From Veleropilina oligotropha (Eukaryota), in NCBI GenBank assembly GCA_048128005.1, contig JBEUKZ010000100.1:124001-188000 (forward strand): DNA of 64,000 bases. Direction: 5' to 3'. Below the pieces are notes generated by a model. The model did not search any database, was not told the DNA's origin, and saw nothing but the letters and a program-made list of their open reading frames with translations. Of this stretch, positions 1-13,400 are shown piece by piece; position 1 is the first letter of the stretch, and every line of letters starts with the position of its first letter. Made by a program: the position numbers and the translations under genes.

Positions 1-3000
1 GGCCGATATCAACATACAGTTGGTCAGCCTGATGGGTGATGCTGTGAGGGCCGATATCAACATACAGTTGGTCAGCCTGATGGGTGATGCTGTGAGGGCC
101 GATATCAACATACAGTTGGTCAGCCTGATGGGTGATGCTGTGAGGGCCGATATCAACATACAGTTGGTCAGCCTGATGGGTGATGCTGTGAGGGCCGATA
201 TCAACATACAGTTGGTCAGCCTGATGGGTGATGCTGTGAGGGCCGATATCAACATACAGTTGGTCAGCCTGATGGGTGATGCTGTGAGGGCCGATATCAA
301 CATACAGTTGGTCAGCCTGATGGGTGATGCTGTGAGGGCCGATATCAACATACAGTTGGTCAGCCTGATGGGTGATGCTGTGAGGGCCGATATCAACATA
401 CAGTTGGTCAGCCTGATGGGTGATGCTGTGAGGGCCGATATCAACATACAGTTGGTCAGCCTGATGGGTGATGCTGTGAGGGCCGATATCAACATACAGT
501 TGGTCAGCCTGATGGGTGATGCTGTGAGGGCCGATATCAACATACAGTTGGTCAGCCTGATGGGTGATGCTGTGAGGGCCGATATCAACATACAGTTGGT
601 CAGCCTGATGGGTGATGCTGTGAGGGCCGATATCAACATACAGTTGGTCAGCCTGATGGGTGATGCTGTGAGGGCCGATATCAACATACAGTTGGTCAGC
701 CTGATGGGTGATGCTGTGAGGGCCGATATCAACATACAGTTGGTCAGCCTGATGGGTGATGCTGTGAGGGCCGATATCAACATACAGTTGGTCAGCCTGA
801 TGGGTGATGCTGTGAGGGCCGATATCAACATACAGTTGGTCAGCCTGATGGGTGATGCCGTGAGGGCCGATATCAACATACAGTTGGTCAGCCTGATGGG
901 TGATGCTGTGAGGGCCGATATCAACATACAGTTGGTCAGCCTGATGGGTCATGCTGTGAGGGCCGATATCAACATACAGTTGGTCAGCCTGATGGGTGAT
1001 GCTGTGAGGGCCGATATCAACATACAGTTGGTCAGACTGATGGGTGATGCTGTGAGGGCCGATATCAACATACAGTTGGTCAGCCTGATGGGTGATGCTG
1101 TGAGGGCCGATATCAACATACAGTTGGTCAGGCTGATGGGTGATGCTGTGAGGGCCGATATCAACATACAGTTGGTCAGCCTGATGGGTCATGCTGTGAG
1201 GGCCGATATCAACATAGTTGGTCAGCCTGATGGGTGATGCTGTGAGGGCCGATATCAACATACAGTTGGTCAGCCTGATGGGTGATGCTGTGAGGGCCGA
1301 TATCAACATACAGTTGGTCAGCCTGATGGGTGATGCTGTGAGGGCCGATATCAACATACAGTTGGTCAGACTGATGGGTGATGCTGTGAGGGCCGATATC
1401 AACATACAGTTGGTCAGCCTGATGGGTGATGCTGAGAGGGCCGATATCAACATACAGTTGGTCAGCCTGATGGGTGATGCTGTGAGGGCCGATATCAACA
1501 TACAGTTGGTCAGCCTGATGGGTCATGCTGTGAGGGCCGATATCAACATACAGTTGGTCAGCCTGATGGGTGATGCTGTGAGGGCCGATATCAACATACA
1601 GTTGGTCAGCCTGATGGGTGATGCTGTGAGGGCCGATATCAACATACAGTTGGTCAGCCTGATGGGTGATGCTGTGAGGGCCGATATCAACATACAGTTG
1701 GTCAGCCTGATGGGTGATGCTGTGAGGGCCGATATCAACATACAGTTGGTCAGCCTGATGGGTGATGCTGAGAGGGCCGATATCAACATACAGTTGGTCA
1801 GCCTGATGGGTGATGCTGTGAGGGCCGATATCAACATACAGTTGGTCAGCCTGATGGGTGATGCTGTGAGGGCCGATATCAACATACAGTTGGTCAGCCT
1901 GATGGTTGATGCTGTGAGGGTCGATATCAACATACAGTTGGTCAGCCTGATGGGTGATGCTGTGAGGGCCGATATCAACATACAGTTGGTCAGCCTGATG
2001 GGTGATGCTGTGAGGGCCGATATCAACATACAGTTGGTCAGCCTGATGGGTGATGCTGTGAGGGCCGATATCAACATAGTTGGTCAGCCTGATGGTTGAT
2101 GCTGTAGGCCGATATCAACATACAGTTGGTCAGCCTGATGGGCGATGCTGTGAGGGCCGATATCAACATATTTCTGCAGTCAGCCTGATGGGTGATGCTG
2201 TGAGGGCCGATATCAACATACAGTTGGTCAGCCTGATGGGTGATGCTGTGAGGGCCGATATCAACATACAGTTGGTCAGCCTGATGGGTGATGCTGTGAG
2301 GGCCGATATCAACATACAGTTGGTCAGCCTGATGGGTGATGCTGTGAGGGCCGATATCAACATATTGCTGCAGTCAGCCTGATGGGTGATGCTGTGAGGG
2401 CCGATATCAACATACAGTTGGTCAGCCTGATGGGTCATGCTGTGAGGGCCGATATCAACATACAGTTGGTCAGGCTGATGGGTGATGCTGTAGGCCGATA
2501 TCAACATACAGTTGGTCAGCCTGATGGGTGATGCTGTGAGGGCCGATATCAACATACAGTTGGTCAGCCTGATGGGTCATGCTGTGAGGGCCGATATCAA
2601 CATACAGTTGGTCAGCCTGATGGGTAATGCTGTGAGGGCCGATATCAACATACAGTTGGTCAGCCTGATGGGTGATGCTGTGAGGCCGATATCAACATAC
2701 AGTTGGTCAGCCTGATGGGCAATGCTGTGAGGGCCGATATCAACATATTTCTGCAGTCAGCCTGATGGGTGATGCTGTGAGGGCCGATATCAACATACAG
2801 TTGGTCAGCCTGATGGGTGATGCTGTGAGGGCCGATATCAACATACAGTTGGTCAGCCTGATGGGTGATGCTGTGAGGCCAATATCAACATACAGTTGGT
2901 CAGCCTGATGGTTGATGCTGTGAGGGCCGATATCAACATACAGTTGGTCAGCCTGATGGGTGATGCTGTGAGGGCCGATATCAACATACAGTTGGTCAGC

Positions 3001-4032
3001 CTGATGGGTGATGCTGTGAGGGCCGGTATCAACATACAGTTGGTCAGCCTGATGGTTGATGCTGTGAGGGCCGGTATCAACATACAGTTGGTCAGCCTGA
3101 TGGGTGATGCTGTGAGGGCCGATATCAACATACAGTTGGTCAGCCTGTTGGGTGATGCTGTGATGGCCGATATCAACATACAGTTGGTCAGCCTGATGGG
3201 TGATGCTGTGAGGGCCGATATCAACATATTGCTGCAGTCAGCCTGATGGGTGATGCTGTGAGGCCGATATCAACATACAGCTGGTCAGCCTGATGGGTGA
3301 TGCTGCGAGGGCCGATATCAACATACAGTTGGTCAGCCTGATGGGCGATGCTGTGAGGGCCGATATCAACATATTTCTGCAGTCAGCCTGATGGGTGATG
3401 CTGTGAGGGCCGATATCAACATACAGTTGGTCAGCCTGATGGGTGATGCTGTGAGGGCCGATATAAACATATTGCTGCAGTCAGCCTGATGGGTGATGCT
3501 GTGAGGGCCGATATCAACATACAGTTGGCCAGCCTGATGGGTGATTCTGTGAGGGCCGATATCAACATACAGTTGGTCAGCCTGATGGTTGATGCTGTGA
3601 GGGCCGGTATCAACATACAGTTGGTCAGCCTGACGGGTGATGCTGTGAGGGCCGATATCAACATATTTCTGCAGTCAGCCTGTTGGGTGATGCTGTGAGG
3701 GCCGATATCAACATACAGTTGGTCAGCCTGATGGGTGATGCTGTGAGGCCGATATCAACATACAGCTGGTCAGCCTGATGGGTGATGCTGCAAGGGCCGA
3801 TATCAACATACAGTTGGTCAGCCTGATGGTTGATGCTGTGAGGGCCGATATCAACATACAGTTGGTCAGCCTGATGGTTGATGCTGTGAGGGCCGGTATC
3901 AACATACAGTTGGTCAGCCTGATGGTTGATGCTGTGAGGGCCGATATCAACATACAGTTGGTCAGCCTGATGGGTGATGCTGTGAGGGCTGATATCAACA
4001 TACAGTTGGTCAGCCTGATGGTTGATGCTGTG
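1..4032. repeat. 48-bp tandem satellite (GGCCGATATCAACATACAGTTGGTCAGCCTGATGGGTGATGCTGTGAG)n, about 84 copies, open at window start
   Basis: Direct periodicity; identical units on the left, increasing variants on the right. Confidence 0.98.
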
Positions 4033-4382
4033 TGAAATGGAAATGACGAACATGAAAAAATCTCTCGGCACTCTGAGGACCTGACTTCGTGATCCAGCAT
4101 CATAATCACTCGACTCCAATATCCATCTGACTTCGTGATCCAGCATCATAATCACTCGGGTACCTATATCCCTTGTCTCACTCTTTATTTCTACACTTGT
4201 GTGCAGTGGTGAGAATTATTTTCCATTCTTAACGCCTATATATCACCGCAGCCCGCTTTAGCAAACAGACTATGGCATCACACTTCACCACGGCTGTCCG
4301 CATTATCGAATTAATCTATTATGTACGTGCTACAGTGCTATTTACTTGACCATACACCACTTATGGCTGCCATATCCCTTAC

Positions 4383-4489
4383 CTCCGCGACATAACTGGT
4401 ATCGTATGTAAAGATGTTTGTGAACTCCTTGTATTTACACTTCATTGGCTCCACAGCATTTTCAACGAGATACGCAGTGAGGTCGTCCT
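4383..4489 (-). CDS. VWDE-like exon (DDLTAYLVENAVEPMKCKYKEFTNIFTYDTSYVAE)
   Basis: long pyrimidine tract plus ccag, gtaagg donor; 107 nt, phase 1-0; paralogous to 56156-56271 (IFTYD..Y). Confidence 0.82.
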
Positions 4490-7400
4490 CTGGAAGAAAA
4501 GAGAAATGGAAAGTCAAGTGGACCCTTCGCGAGCGGCTCCCGTATACATGCGGGCTCAAGCTCCTTCCCTGTACGCGACTCCCGTATAATCATATAACTA
4601 TGTAAAATATAGTGTTTCAAAACAATACTGCACAGAGGTAAAGAATGGGCAGCACAAGAAGGGTTAGGTTATGCTTTAAACTGCCTTGGATTACGGTTCA
4701 CATCCTGTAGGGTAATATGCAAGTGATCGTGAATGAAATGTCAGAAATATCAGGCAATACTCACCCACCAAACTGAGTATGTAATGGACCGCTATATATA
4801 AGCGACTGCTAGCTACAAAATATATGTGATCAGTCTCTAACCCTCACTTGTGCATCCAGCTCATGCAGTCAGTATGAGTGAATTGAAATTTCAATCAACT
4901 AGAGTTATCACAGGAGTGATCATATATGCCCCCACAAAAGCGCTCGACACATGAACAGGCTGTCGCAGTGACATACTTTCAAAACGTGATACATCTTTGG
5001 GTTATAACGCATACACACATCAAGTTTCGTATCCCTTGGTAAAATAGTATAGGAGATATGGAGCGGAAGGGAATTTTGGACCAAGTGCGGTCAACTGTGA
5101 AAACTGGCTGCGGTGACCTACTTTTCGTACGCGACACACCTTTGGGTCATGACGCATCCACACATCAAGATTAGTGTCCCTAGGTGAAATAGTATCGGAG
5201 ATATGGAGCAAAAGGGAATTTGCAACAGACCGACCGACAGACAAGCTGACTCCTATATGCCCAGGGTTCACCAAACCAGGCGAAGTGGGCGACTTTTTTG
5301 CCATTGCGACTCCGCCCAACTCTATCCCAAAAGCGATGGTCACTTCGCCCGGTCAAATCTCTCATCTCGCTTTTGTGTAATGAACAAATCATGTCAATAA
5401 TAATTTCATTCATTTAGAATAGCAAGGAATCTTACTGTGATTGCTGTTTAGCGTTAATTATGACAGTATTGTTCCTTAATTGGCCATTTATCTTCAAACA
5501 AAGAGTTCCCGACCCACAATGTTTAGTTCCAACTGGGACTACTATAATAGAGGGACTGGCAACTTTAAAGATCGCGCTGAAATCACATACTCGGCATTAA
5601 TAGGCAAGAGTTCGCCTGCAATCTAATAAGCATAGCAACAACCTACTAATTGAATCCCATATAAACTATTCGCTACTATTTGTCAGACATCTGTATGCAC
5701 ATAAATAGATATTATATATATTGTAGATTGTGTGTATGTGCTTATATCGTTAAAATTATGTCAAAAAGCATAGATAATTGTTATGATATTGTATGTTCTG
5801 GGTTATTTACGAAAATCCAAAATGGCGTCGATGAGAAAGCTTTCAAATCGAAAAATAGTACATTTTTCAACTTCTTCTCCTCGTCAGCTGCTACATTTTA
5901 CTTTTGAATATCTTGCCCATCATTTTATTTATATCCTATTGCTTCGACTCTTCCATTATGAAGTGAAATTTGACAAAGATTTATATCGTTTAATTAAAAT
6001 TAAAAATGACGATTTTTCCTTAATATGTTCAGCGTTAATATTTTCACAGTGTAAAGTACTCGATTTTGCAACTTCTTCTCCTCGCCAACTGTTACATTAT
6101 ACTTTTTGATATTTGCACCATCTTTTTATTTTCATTCAATTTCTTGAACTCGTCTATTGCGTAGTGAAATATAACGAAGATTTATACTAAATTATAGCAC
6201 ATATTTGCATTTTAAAATGACCAATTTTCTTAAATATGTCAAGCGTTGATATTCATTTTGTCATGGACTCTCTTCTTTATTTGTTGCATTGTATTATGGA
6301 ATATTTTCACCTTTTTTCTAATTTACCCTCGATTACATCGACTCGGCTATTGTACAGGGAAATAAAACGAAGATTTAATTAAATTATTTACGTCTTAAAA
6401 TAGCTTATCAAAGGTGTCTAACTGGTAACATGGTCCGTTTCAATAATACTTCATTATAGTGCCAAATTTAAGTTGTCCCCATTGTTATTGAGCAGACAAA
6501 TTACTGACCGCTTGTACATTATAACAACATGTAAAGCAAAACATAAAATGAAATGCAATTAGTGGCTACCTTTATTGTCTCTATTGAATATAACCGGTTG
6601 GTTTGATAACCATTAGAAAATTAGTTGGGGCCATTTATATGGTTCTGATTCAGTAATAAAGGTAAATTCATAAGAATTTATTTCTATTTTAATTGCCCAA
6701 TCAATTTATTTAACGATTAACATAGATCTCTTTCAATAATTGGTTGAATTGAATTTTATTTATTATAAATAAGTATGCAATATATTTAGTTTGAATACCA
6801 TACAAATTAAAATAAATAAAACTAGAAATATGTCCATCGGACACGAATGCCCCCACTGGCAGCCTTGACCATAGGGGCAGTGTACAAAGTATCAAGTCAA
6901 TCCATGAAGGCAAATAGAAGTTATAGCAGATTGGAGTTGCTTACACGCAAATACTGGTTTCGGGACGGACGGGACGGGACGGACGGACGGACGGGACGGA
7001 CAAGAGTAAATCTAAATGCCACCCCAATAAATTGGTGGTGGCATAAAAATAAATTTGTTATCATATGTTGTGTTAATCGAATTTCGTGTTTAATAGGTAT
7101 TTTGTGAATTCAAACTGTTATAATTTACCGCATTGATCCTAATTGGGGATGAAATAGTCTAGTCACAAAGCCAAAGCCCACTATGCACATGCGCAGTGCG
7201 GTAAACACGAGAACAATAGCGAGTACCACATTATTGTTGGCTAGTAGGCTAATTGGTCAGAGCTTCCAGTCCCTCTTATAGTAGTCCCAGGTCAGAGCTT
7301 CCAGTCCCTCTTATAGTAGTCCCATGTCAGAGCTTCCAGTCCCTCTTATAGTAGTCCCAGGTCAGAGCTTCCAGTCCCTCTTATAGTAGTCCCAGGTCAG

Positions 7401-10400
7401 AGCTTCCAGTCCCTTTTATAGTAGTCCCAGGTCAGAGCTTCCAGTCACTCTTATAGTAGTCCCAGGTCAGAGCTTCCAGTCACTCTTATAGTAGTCCCAG
7501 GTCAGAGCTTCCAGTCACTCTTATAGTAGTCCCAGGTCCGAGCTTCCAGTCCCTCTTATAGTAGTCCCAGGTCAGAGCTTCCAGTCCCTCTTATAGTAGT
7601 CCCAGGTCAGAGCTTCCAGTCCCTCTTATAGTAGTCCCAGGTCAGAGCTTCCAGTCCCTCTTATAGTAGTCCCAGGTCAGAGCTTCCAGTCCCTCTTATA
7701 GTAATCCCAGGTCAGAGCGTCCAGTCCCTCTTATAGTAGTCCCAAGTCAGAGCATCCAGTCCCTCTTATAGTAGTCCCAGGTCAGAGCCCTCAGTCCCTC
7801 TTATAGTAGTCCCAGGTCAGAGCAACCAGTCCTTCTTATAGTAGTCCCAGGTCAGAGCTTCCAGTCCCTCTTTATAGTAGTCCCAGGTCAGAGCTTCCAG
7901 TCCCTCTTATAGTAGTCCCAGGTCAGAGCTTCCAGTCCATCTTATAGTAGTCCCAGGTCAGAGCTTCCAGTCCCTCTTATAGTCGTCCCAGGTCAGAGCT
8001 TCCAGTCCCTCTTATAGTAGTCCCAGGTCAGAGCTTCCAGTCCCTCTTATAGAAGTCCCAGGTCAGAGCTTCCAGTCCCTCTTATAGTAGTCCCAGGTCA
8101 GAGCTTCCAGTCCCTCTTATAGTAGTCCCAGGTCAGAGCGTCCAGTCCCTCCTATAGTAGTCCCAGGTCAGAGCGTCCAGTCCCTCCTATAGTAGTCCCG
8201 GGTCAGAGCTTCCAGTCCCTCCTATAGTAGTCCCAGGTCAGAGCGTCCAGTCCCTCCTATAGTAGTCCCAGGTCAGAGCTTCCAGTCCCTCTTATAGTAG
8301 TCCCAGGTCAGAGCTTCCAGTCCCTCTTGTAGTCGTCCCAGGTCAGAGCCTCCAGTCCCTCCTATAGTAGTCCCAGGTCAGAGCTTCCAGTCCCTCTTAT
8401 AGCAGTCCCAGGTCAGAGCTTCCAGTCCCTCTTATAGTAGTCCCAGGTCAGAGCATCCAGTCCCTCTTATAGTAGTCCCAGGTCAGAGCTTCCAGTCCCT
8501 CTTATAGTAGTCCCAGGTCAGAGCTTCCAGTCCCTCTTATAGTCGTCCCAGGTTCCAAGTAACCGTGCCTAATTAGGTCACCCACATCGTCAAGTTAAGA
8601 AGACCAATTGGTTCATTGTTTGAATAATAATTATAATGAATAGACTCTATGATAACAACTAATCAAAAGACATACCTTTTGTTTCATATTTGTCATGATT
8701 TATCAAGTTTTAATCTTAAAATTCATTTAAAACGCCAATTCTCCCAGTCGGAGTGACGTCACAAGTCACGTGTCGCATCAAGCGACAGTAGACAGTATCC
8801 GCCATATTGGTCTGGGGGTAATTCATCCAAATTGCAACTGTTTTATATAGAGGGAAATATGTAAATAAATGAACAAATCCACTAGCCCGACGCCCGGGGA
8901 TAGTGAAAATTCGCAAATTTTGTAGTCAAGATAGTATATTTGTATATCGAAATAACTCGCGGACTAATGTATCAGGTGAAATCGCGGATCTTGCTTGTAT
9001 TGAAATACATCAAGCAAAAATGCGTGCGCACATTATCTTGTTGCAAATGCGAAAATTATATACTAGATATATACATTATATTACATAATTTGAAAATAAA
9101 GAAATTTTATTGTAATATAGTACGTACTTTTATTTAATTCTATTCCAGATTCATGGAATGTTCGCCGATTTTCTAAGTAAAAAAGAGCGTATATGGTTCG
9201 TCGTTCATTTAACGTGTCATTGGAGAGCTAATTGTTAACCCCAGTGATTATTGTCTTGTTGATTGATAATTCAATTAATACCACATGATGCCATTACCAG
9301 CATGGTGACCATTTAATTATACGTGGTAGGTTCATTGTTTGTAATTAATTAACTGAGCTTCAAAAGTTTTCACGGTGTACATTGTAGACAACAGTCAGTG
9401 TAGCACATGGAAATACCATAAGTGTATCGTTGCGCGTCTCCAGCTTGTTCAATACCAAATTAACTATCGTTTATTGTCGACCACGCAATTGACACAAGGT
9501 ATATATGTAAAATACAGTTATAGGTCCAACTTCTACCTTAATTATACAAATACACTCGGTATGCAAGAAATATTGTCAATTTACAATGAACTACATTCCA
9601 TGCGCGACTGACTAATGTAATGTTAAGACAATATGACCAGCGACATGACAGTTATATGAATGTTCACCGCTATACGCCGGGTCCTTGCTTTGCGAATTAA
9701 TTTGCCCTTGTTATCGTCTACAGTTGAATAAATAGCATAAAAGATATTATAACCCAATTGGGAACCGCAATTGGTCGAATGGCTACTTTGAATGAACTAA
9801 AACAACCGAAGTCCAGTCGATTAATATTACGGGAATCGCTTTATTTATGGCAGTCAGCCTAACCATTTCCCCCTTTTATTTTTCTCACTTGGGATTATGT
9901 AATACTGACGATCTGGGTTTTTCTTTTTGTTGACTGTGTCGCGATTTTATGTTTCGACACCCTTAAATATATGTATGTATTTGTATGGCCTTAAGCGCCT
10001 TCCGTACACTGTTGTGAATTGTGAATCGGTTAAATGAAATTGACATTGTAGTCACCTGATATTAAACGGTCAAATCGTGCGGTTCCGCAAACAACGTTTG
10101 CCTTTTGTTATGCAAAATTATTCCCTATATAACACTATGCTGGAAGTGAAATCTCTCTTTTTCCTTGTGGCTCGACACACGTGTTGTTCCTGTCCGACGC
10201 CTCGCAAGGGAGGGCTTTTGTCTCGTATGTTTGTTGGCCATGTAAGTTGAGTGAATCCGATGTAACGTCTTTTGTTGTATTTCTGTTCCTATCCGCCGTA
10301 AATTTCGATCATGTAAGTTAACTTTTTACTAGTTGGCAAACGAATCTTTATAAACATGACTTTTAATTACTAACATTCTCTTGAATTTAATATCTAACGT

Positions 10401-13400
10401 ATTTAATCGCTAGCATTAGTTTAAAATATGTTGTTTAGAAATATCATAATATTATATAGTCTCTTGTTTCGTGATGTGAATTATCCTGAGAAAGTTACGG
10501 AACCTCCGCGAGGACCTTATGCGGTACGACGTTTCGTGTTGTTCGTGAAGTGCTATTACCAGCTATTAAGAACATTATTGAAGTATTCGCATCGTACTCG
10601 TTCAAGGTTGAAGTTGGATCTCTGCGAGAAGATTGTATTTCCTGTGCATTTGCGATAAATTATGTTAGTATAAATTCTGTTAGTTTTGTACATTATTGAA
10701 ATGGTTCACTGATACTTTATCTTTAACGCATTGTGACAACATTTTCGTTTAGCGAGATAACTTGTTTCAGTTTTATTGGTAACACTATTTACTTTCTTGC
10801 GATGAGTTAATTTAATTGTAAACGATAGAGTTAATTCATGAGTGTGTTTTGCTCATTTCTGTTTGTATTCATCACGCGGGGATGTATTATTTAATATTTA
10901 TGATATGACGGCTCTGGTTATATTTTAAAGGATCTTGTGATCACGGTGCGTTTGAGGACATGAACGCTATATTCTGAGGAGTCGCTGTACCATTTCGATG
11001 CTAAATACGCGAGATTTGCAATATCATCTTTTCCCTTTTTGGGTTGGTTCTAACAACCTATAGGACCGGAAGTAGAACGGTCGTTGTTGGACAACGTTGG
11101 TGTCTTGTAGTGAATCCGCTGACGGGTAGTTTTGCTGCAGGTACTTGTTGTCGTGGTTGAAGATTATGATGCAAGATTTACGGCATTTATATACTGCCGA
11201 CTGTTGTGGAGATATAACCTCACTGTTATGCCGGAGTCGTATTTGTTTAATTATTTTATGTCGAGTAATAACTACATTTTTCTCCCCGTGTTATTTATTA
11301 AGATTATTCGGAAGTTTACTCGCTAATCGATTTCAGGTCACAAAGCGTTTACAAAACTTTACCATGTCAGTTTCACCTTTATTAAATCCGCTCTTATTGT
11401 GTATGAACAATCAAGAAATAGCCGGTAACGCATATCGATGTATAGCTGTGGGATAGTGTCTTATGTCTGTATTATAGGAATGGTTAATAAATAAATATAT
11501 TAGTTTTTATTACATGTTGTTTTCATTCGAACAGAGAACTCAACTACACGATTTCCTTCATAATTGGGTTGAGTTTTTCGCTGGTATTGTCTGTCACGGT
11601 TGAGACGGCCGTTTTAAACACGCGATATATTTTCGTAGGGACCTGCGTCGCGTCGTTTTCATATTTGATCTGGACTGAGCGTGTTTATGCATTATGGTGG
11701 TGGCAGTTAAATATATAAATTTTCTATGATGCATCGGCTCCTCTTTCCAGGTCATTGTGTAAACGTTTACCATCGCTATTCGAAGGGACGTGCCATCGGT
11801 TGGTGCTATGTGACTCTGGTGAAACCAGTTTGCCTTGACGTGGTCTATGTGATCGACAATTGAGGCCCGCTACTGTTCCATCTGTCGAGTTGTCGGTCAC
11901 GGGAGACTACAATGTGCGCGTGATTGCGTAATCGCGTGTTGGTTGAGTTTGACTTGACTATGGTGCTGCTTGAGGCTACGGTGGTCCGTTGGTTTGTTGG
12001 TTGACCGCTCGATTCGTGAAAGTTAGTGGCAACCCTTGTCACTTGTTTGTGTTTCAACGTTCGGTCCGCCAGTGTTGGTGGAGTTCATTGACTGTTTAGT
12101 GTCAGCAGTTTGGTTGGTCAGTGGGGACGCCGCTCGGTCCGCCACAGATTTGGTGGCAGCGGTGGGATTGTTTGACGTGCCCGGGGGGTGGGAGGACAAT
12201 TTTGTTTCCGAAAGGATTGTTTGACGTGCCCGGGGATGGTGGAGACATTTTTTATGGATTTTGACGTGCCCAGGGGTGGGGATGCCAATTTTTTTTTGTT
12301 AAATGGGATTTTGGACGTGCCCGGGGGATGACCATGTGTTGTTAAATGATTGTTTGACGTGCCCGGGGGGTGGGGTGACAGTTTTTTAGGTAAAATATTT
12401 TTTTTTTGTGACTTGTTGGCCGGAAGAGGTGACATTTTTTTAGGGGTATTGCGTTACGTGTTTTTTTTCTCTCGCTAAGTAGGATCGTGCTTAGTGTGAT
12501 AGATATCGAATGCTTCCCTATGTTTGAACTATGATGTGCTTACTAACATTACCCTTTACTAATTTTAACTTGCGTTTATAAATATTTGTTTGCCAATGTT
12601 TTCTCATGTTTATATTAATTATATTAATTGTAAATGGCAGAATCGAGAAATTTGATGTATCTTAACGACACCGTTAACATAGAAAGTATGGGTCAGCCTG
12701 TTGTTGCTATGGAAAGTGAGTTACAGGTTGAGAGGCGTGATAATGTGCCGTATATGTCTAATGTCAATATGTACTCTACTGAAAATGGTACGCAATTTAA
12801 TTTACCGATTGCTAATTCTACGGAAATGGCAAGTAATGTTCCCGTGAATAACGGTCCATTTAATTATGGACCTGTTCAAACAAATACGTCGTTTAACCCT
12901 CATGTGACCCCGTCGGTACATTTCGGTACCAATAATGCACCACCATATGCAACGCCTGGAGCAAGACGGACTACGGATAGTGGTCAAACCTTTAATGTTA
13001 GGCCCCTACCAGTATTTCGGGAGCAGGAAATGTCTACTCCGTATCCCGTTAACCCTGGCCCAATTACTGGCCATGATATATATAGGACGCAGACACGCGG
13101 GTCTTATCCAAAACCAGTTGTGCAACCCGAAATTTATTCCGGGAACACTAACTTCGTGGACTGGCTTACTCATTTCAATCTTTGTAAGGATATCAACCAG
13201 TGGTCTGACTTTGAAGCGACTCGTTTTTTTGCTGTTAAATTGCGTGGTACTGCTTTAGAAACCTATAATCATTTGTCGAATGTAGAAAAAAAACGATTTT
13301 TTTATGTTAACGAGCGCCTTGCGAACGCGTTTCGATCCGCAACAAACCGCCAGCGTGTATAGGGCTCAATTGAAACATAAAAAACAGTCGCGTAATGAAA

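Larger units (their letters stand above)
5533..8551. mobile_element. TIR DNA transposon (MITE, superfamily unassigned) whose right end is tandemly amplified
   Basis: Left TIR CTGGGACTACTATAATAGAGGGACTGG is the near-exact inverse of the satellite unit; 7-bp TSD GTTCCAA at 5526-5532 and 8552-8558. Confidence 0.8.

Noticed and set aside
20..4155. Long repetitive ORFs (VSLMGDAVRADINIQL)n
   Set aside because: By-product of a stop-free 48-bp unit; indels break the frame repeatedly; no sign of codon-level constraint
10428..11456. Short ORFs duplicated at 19382-20410
   Set aside because: Duplication simply reflects the two LTRs; no recognisable protein motifs
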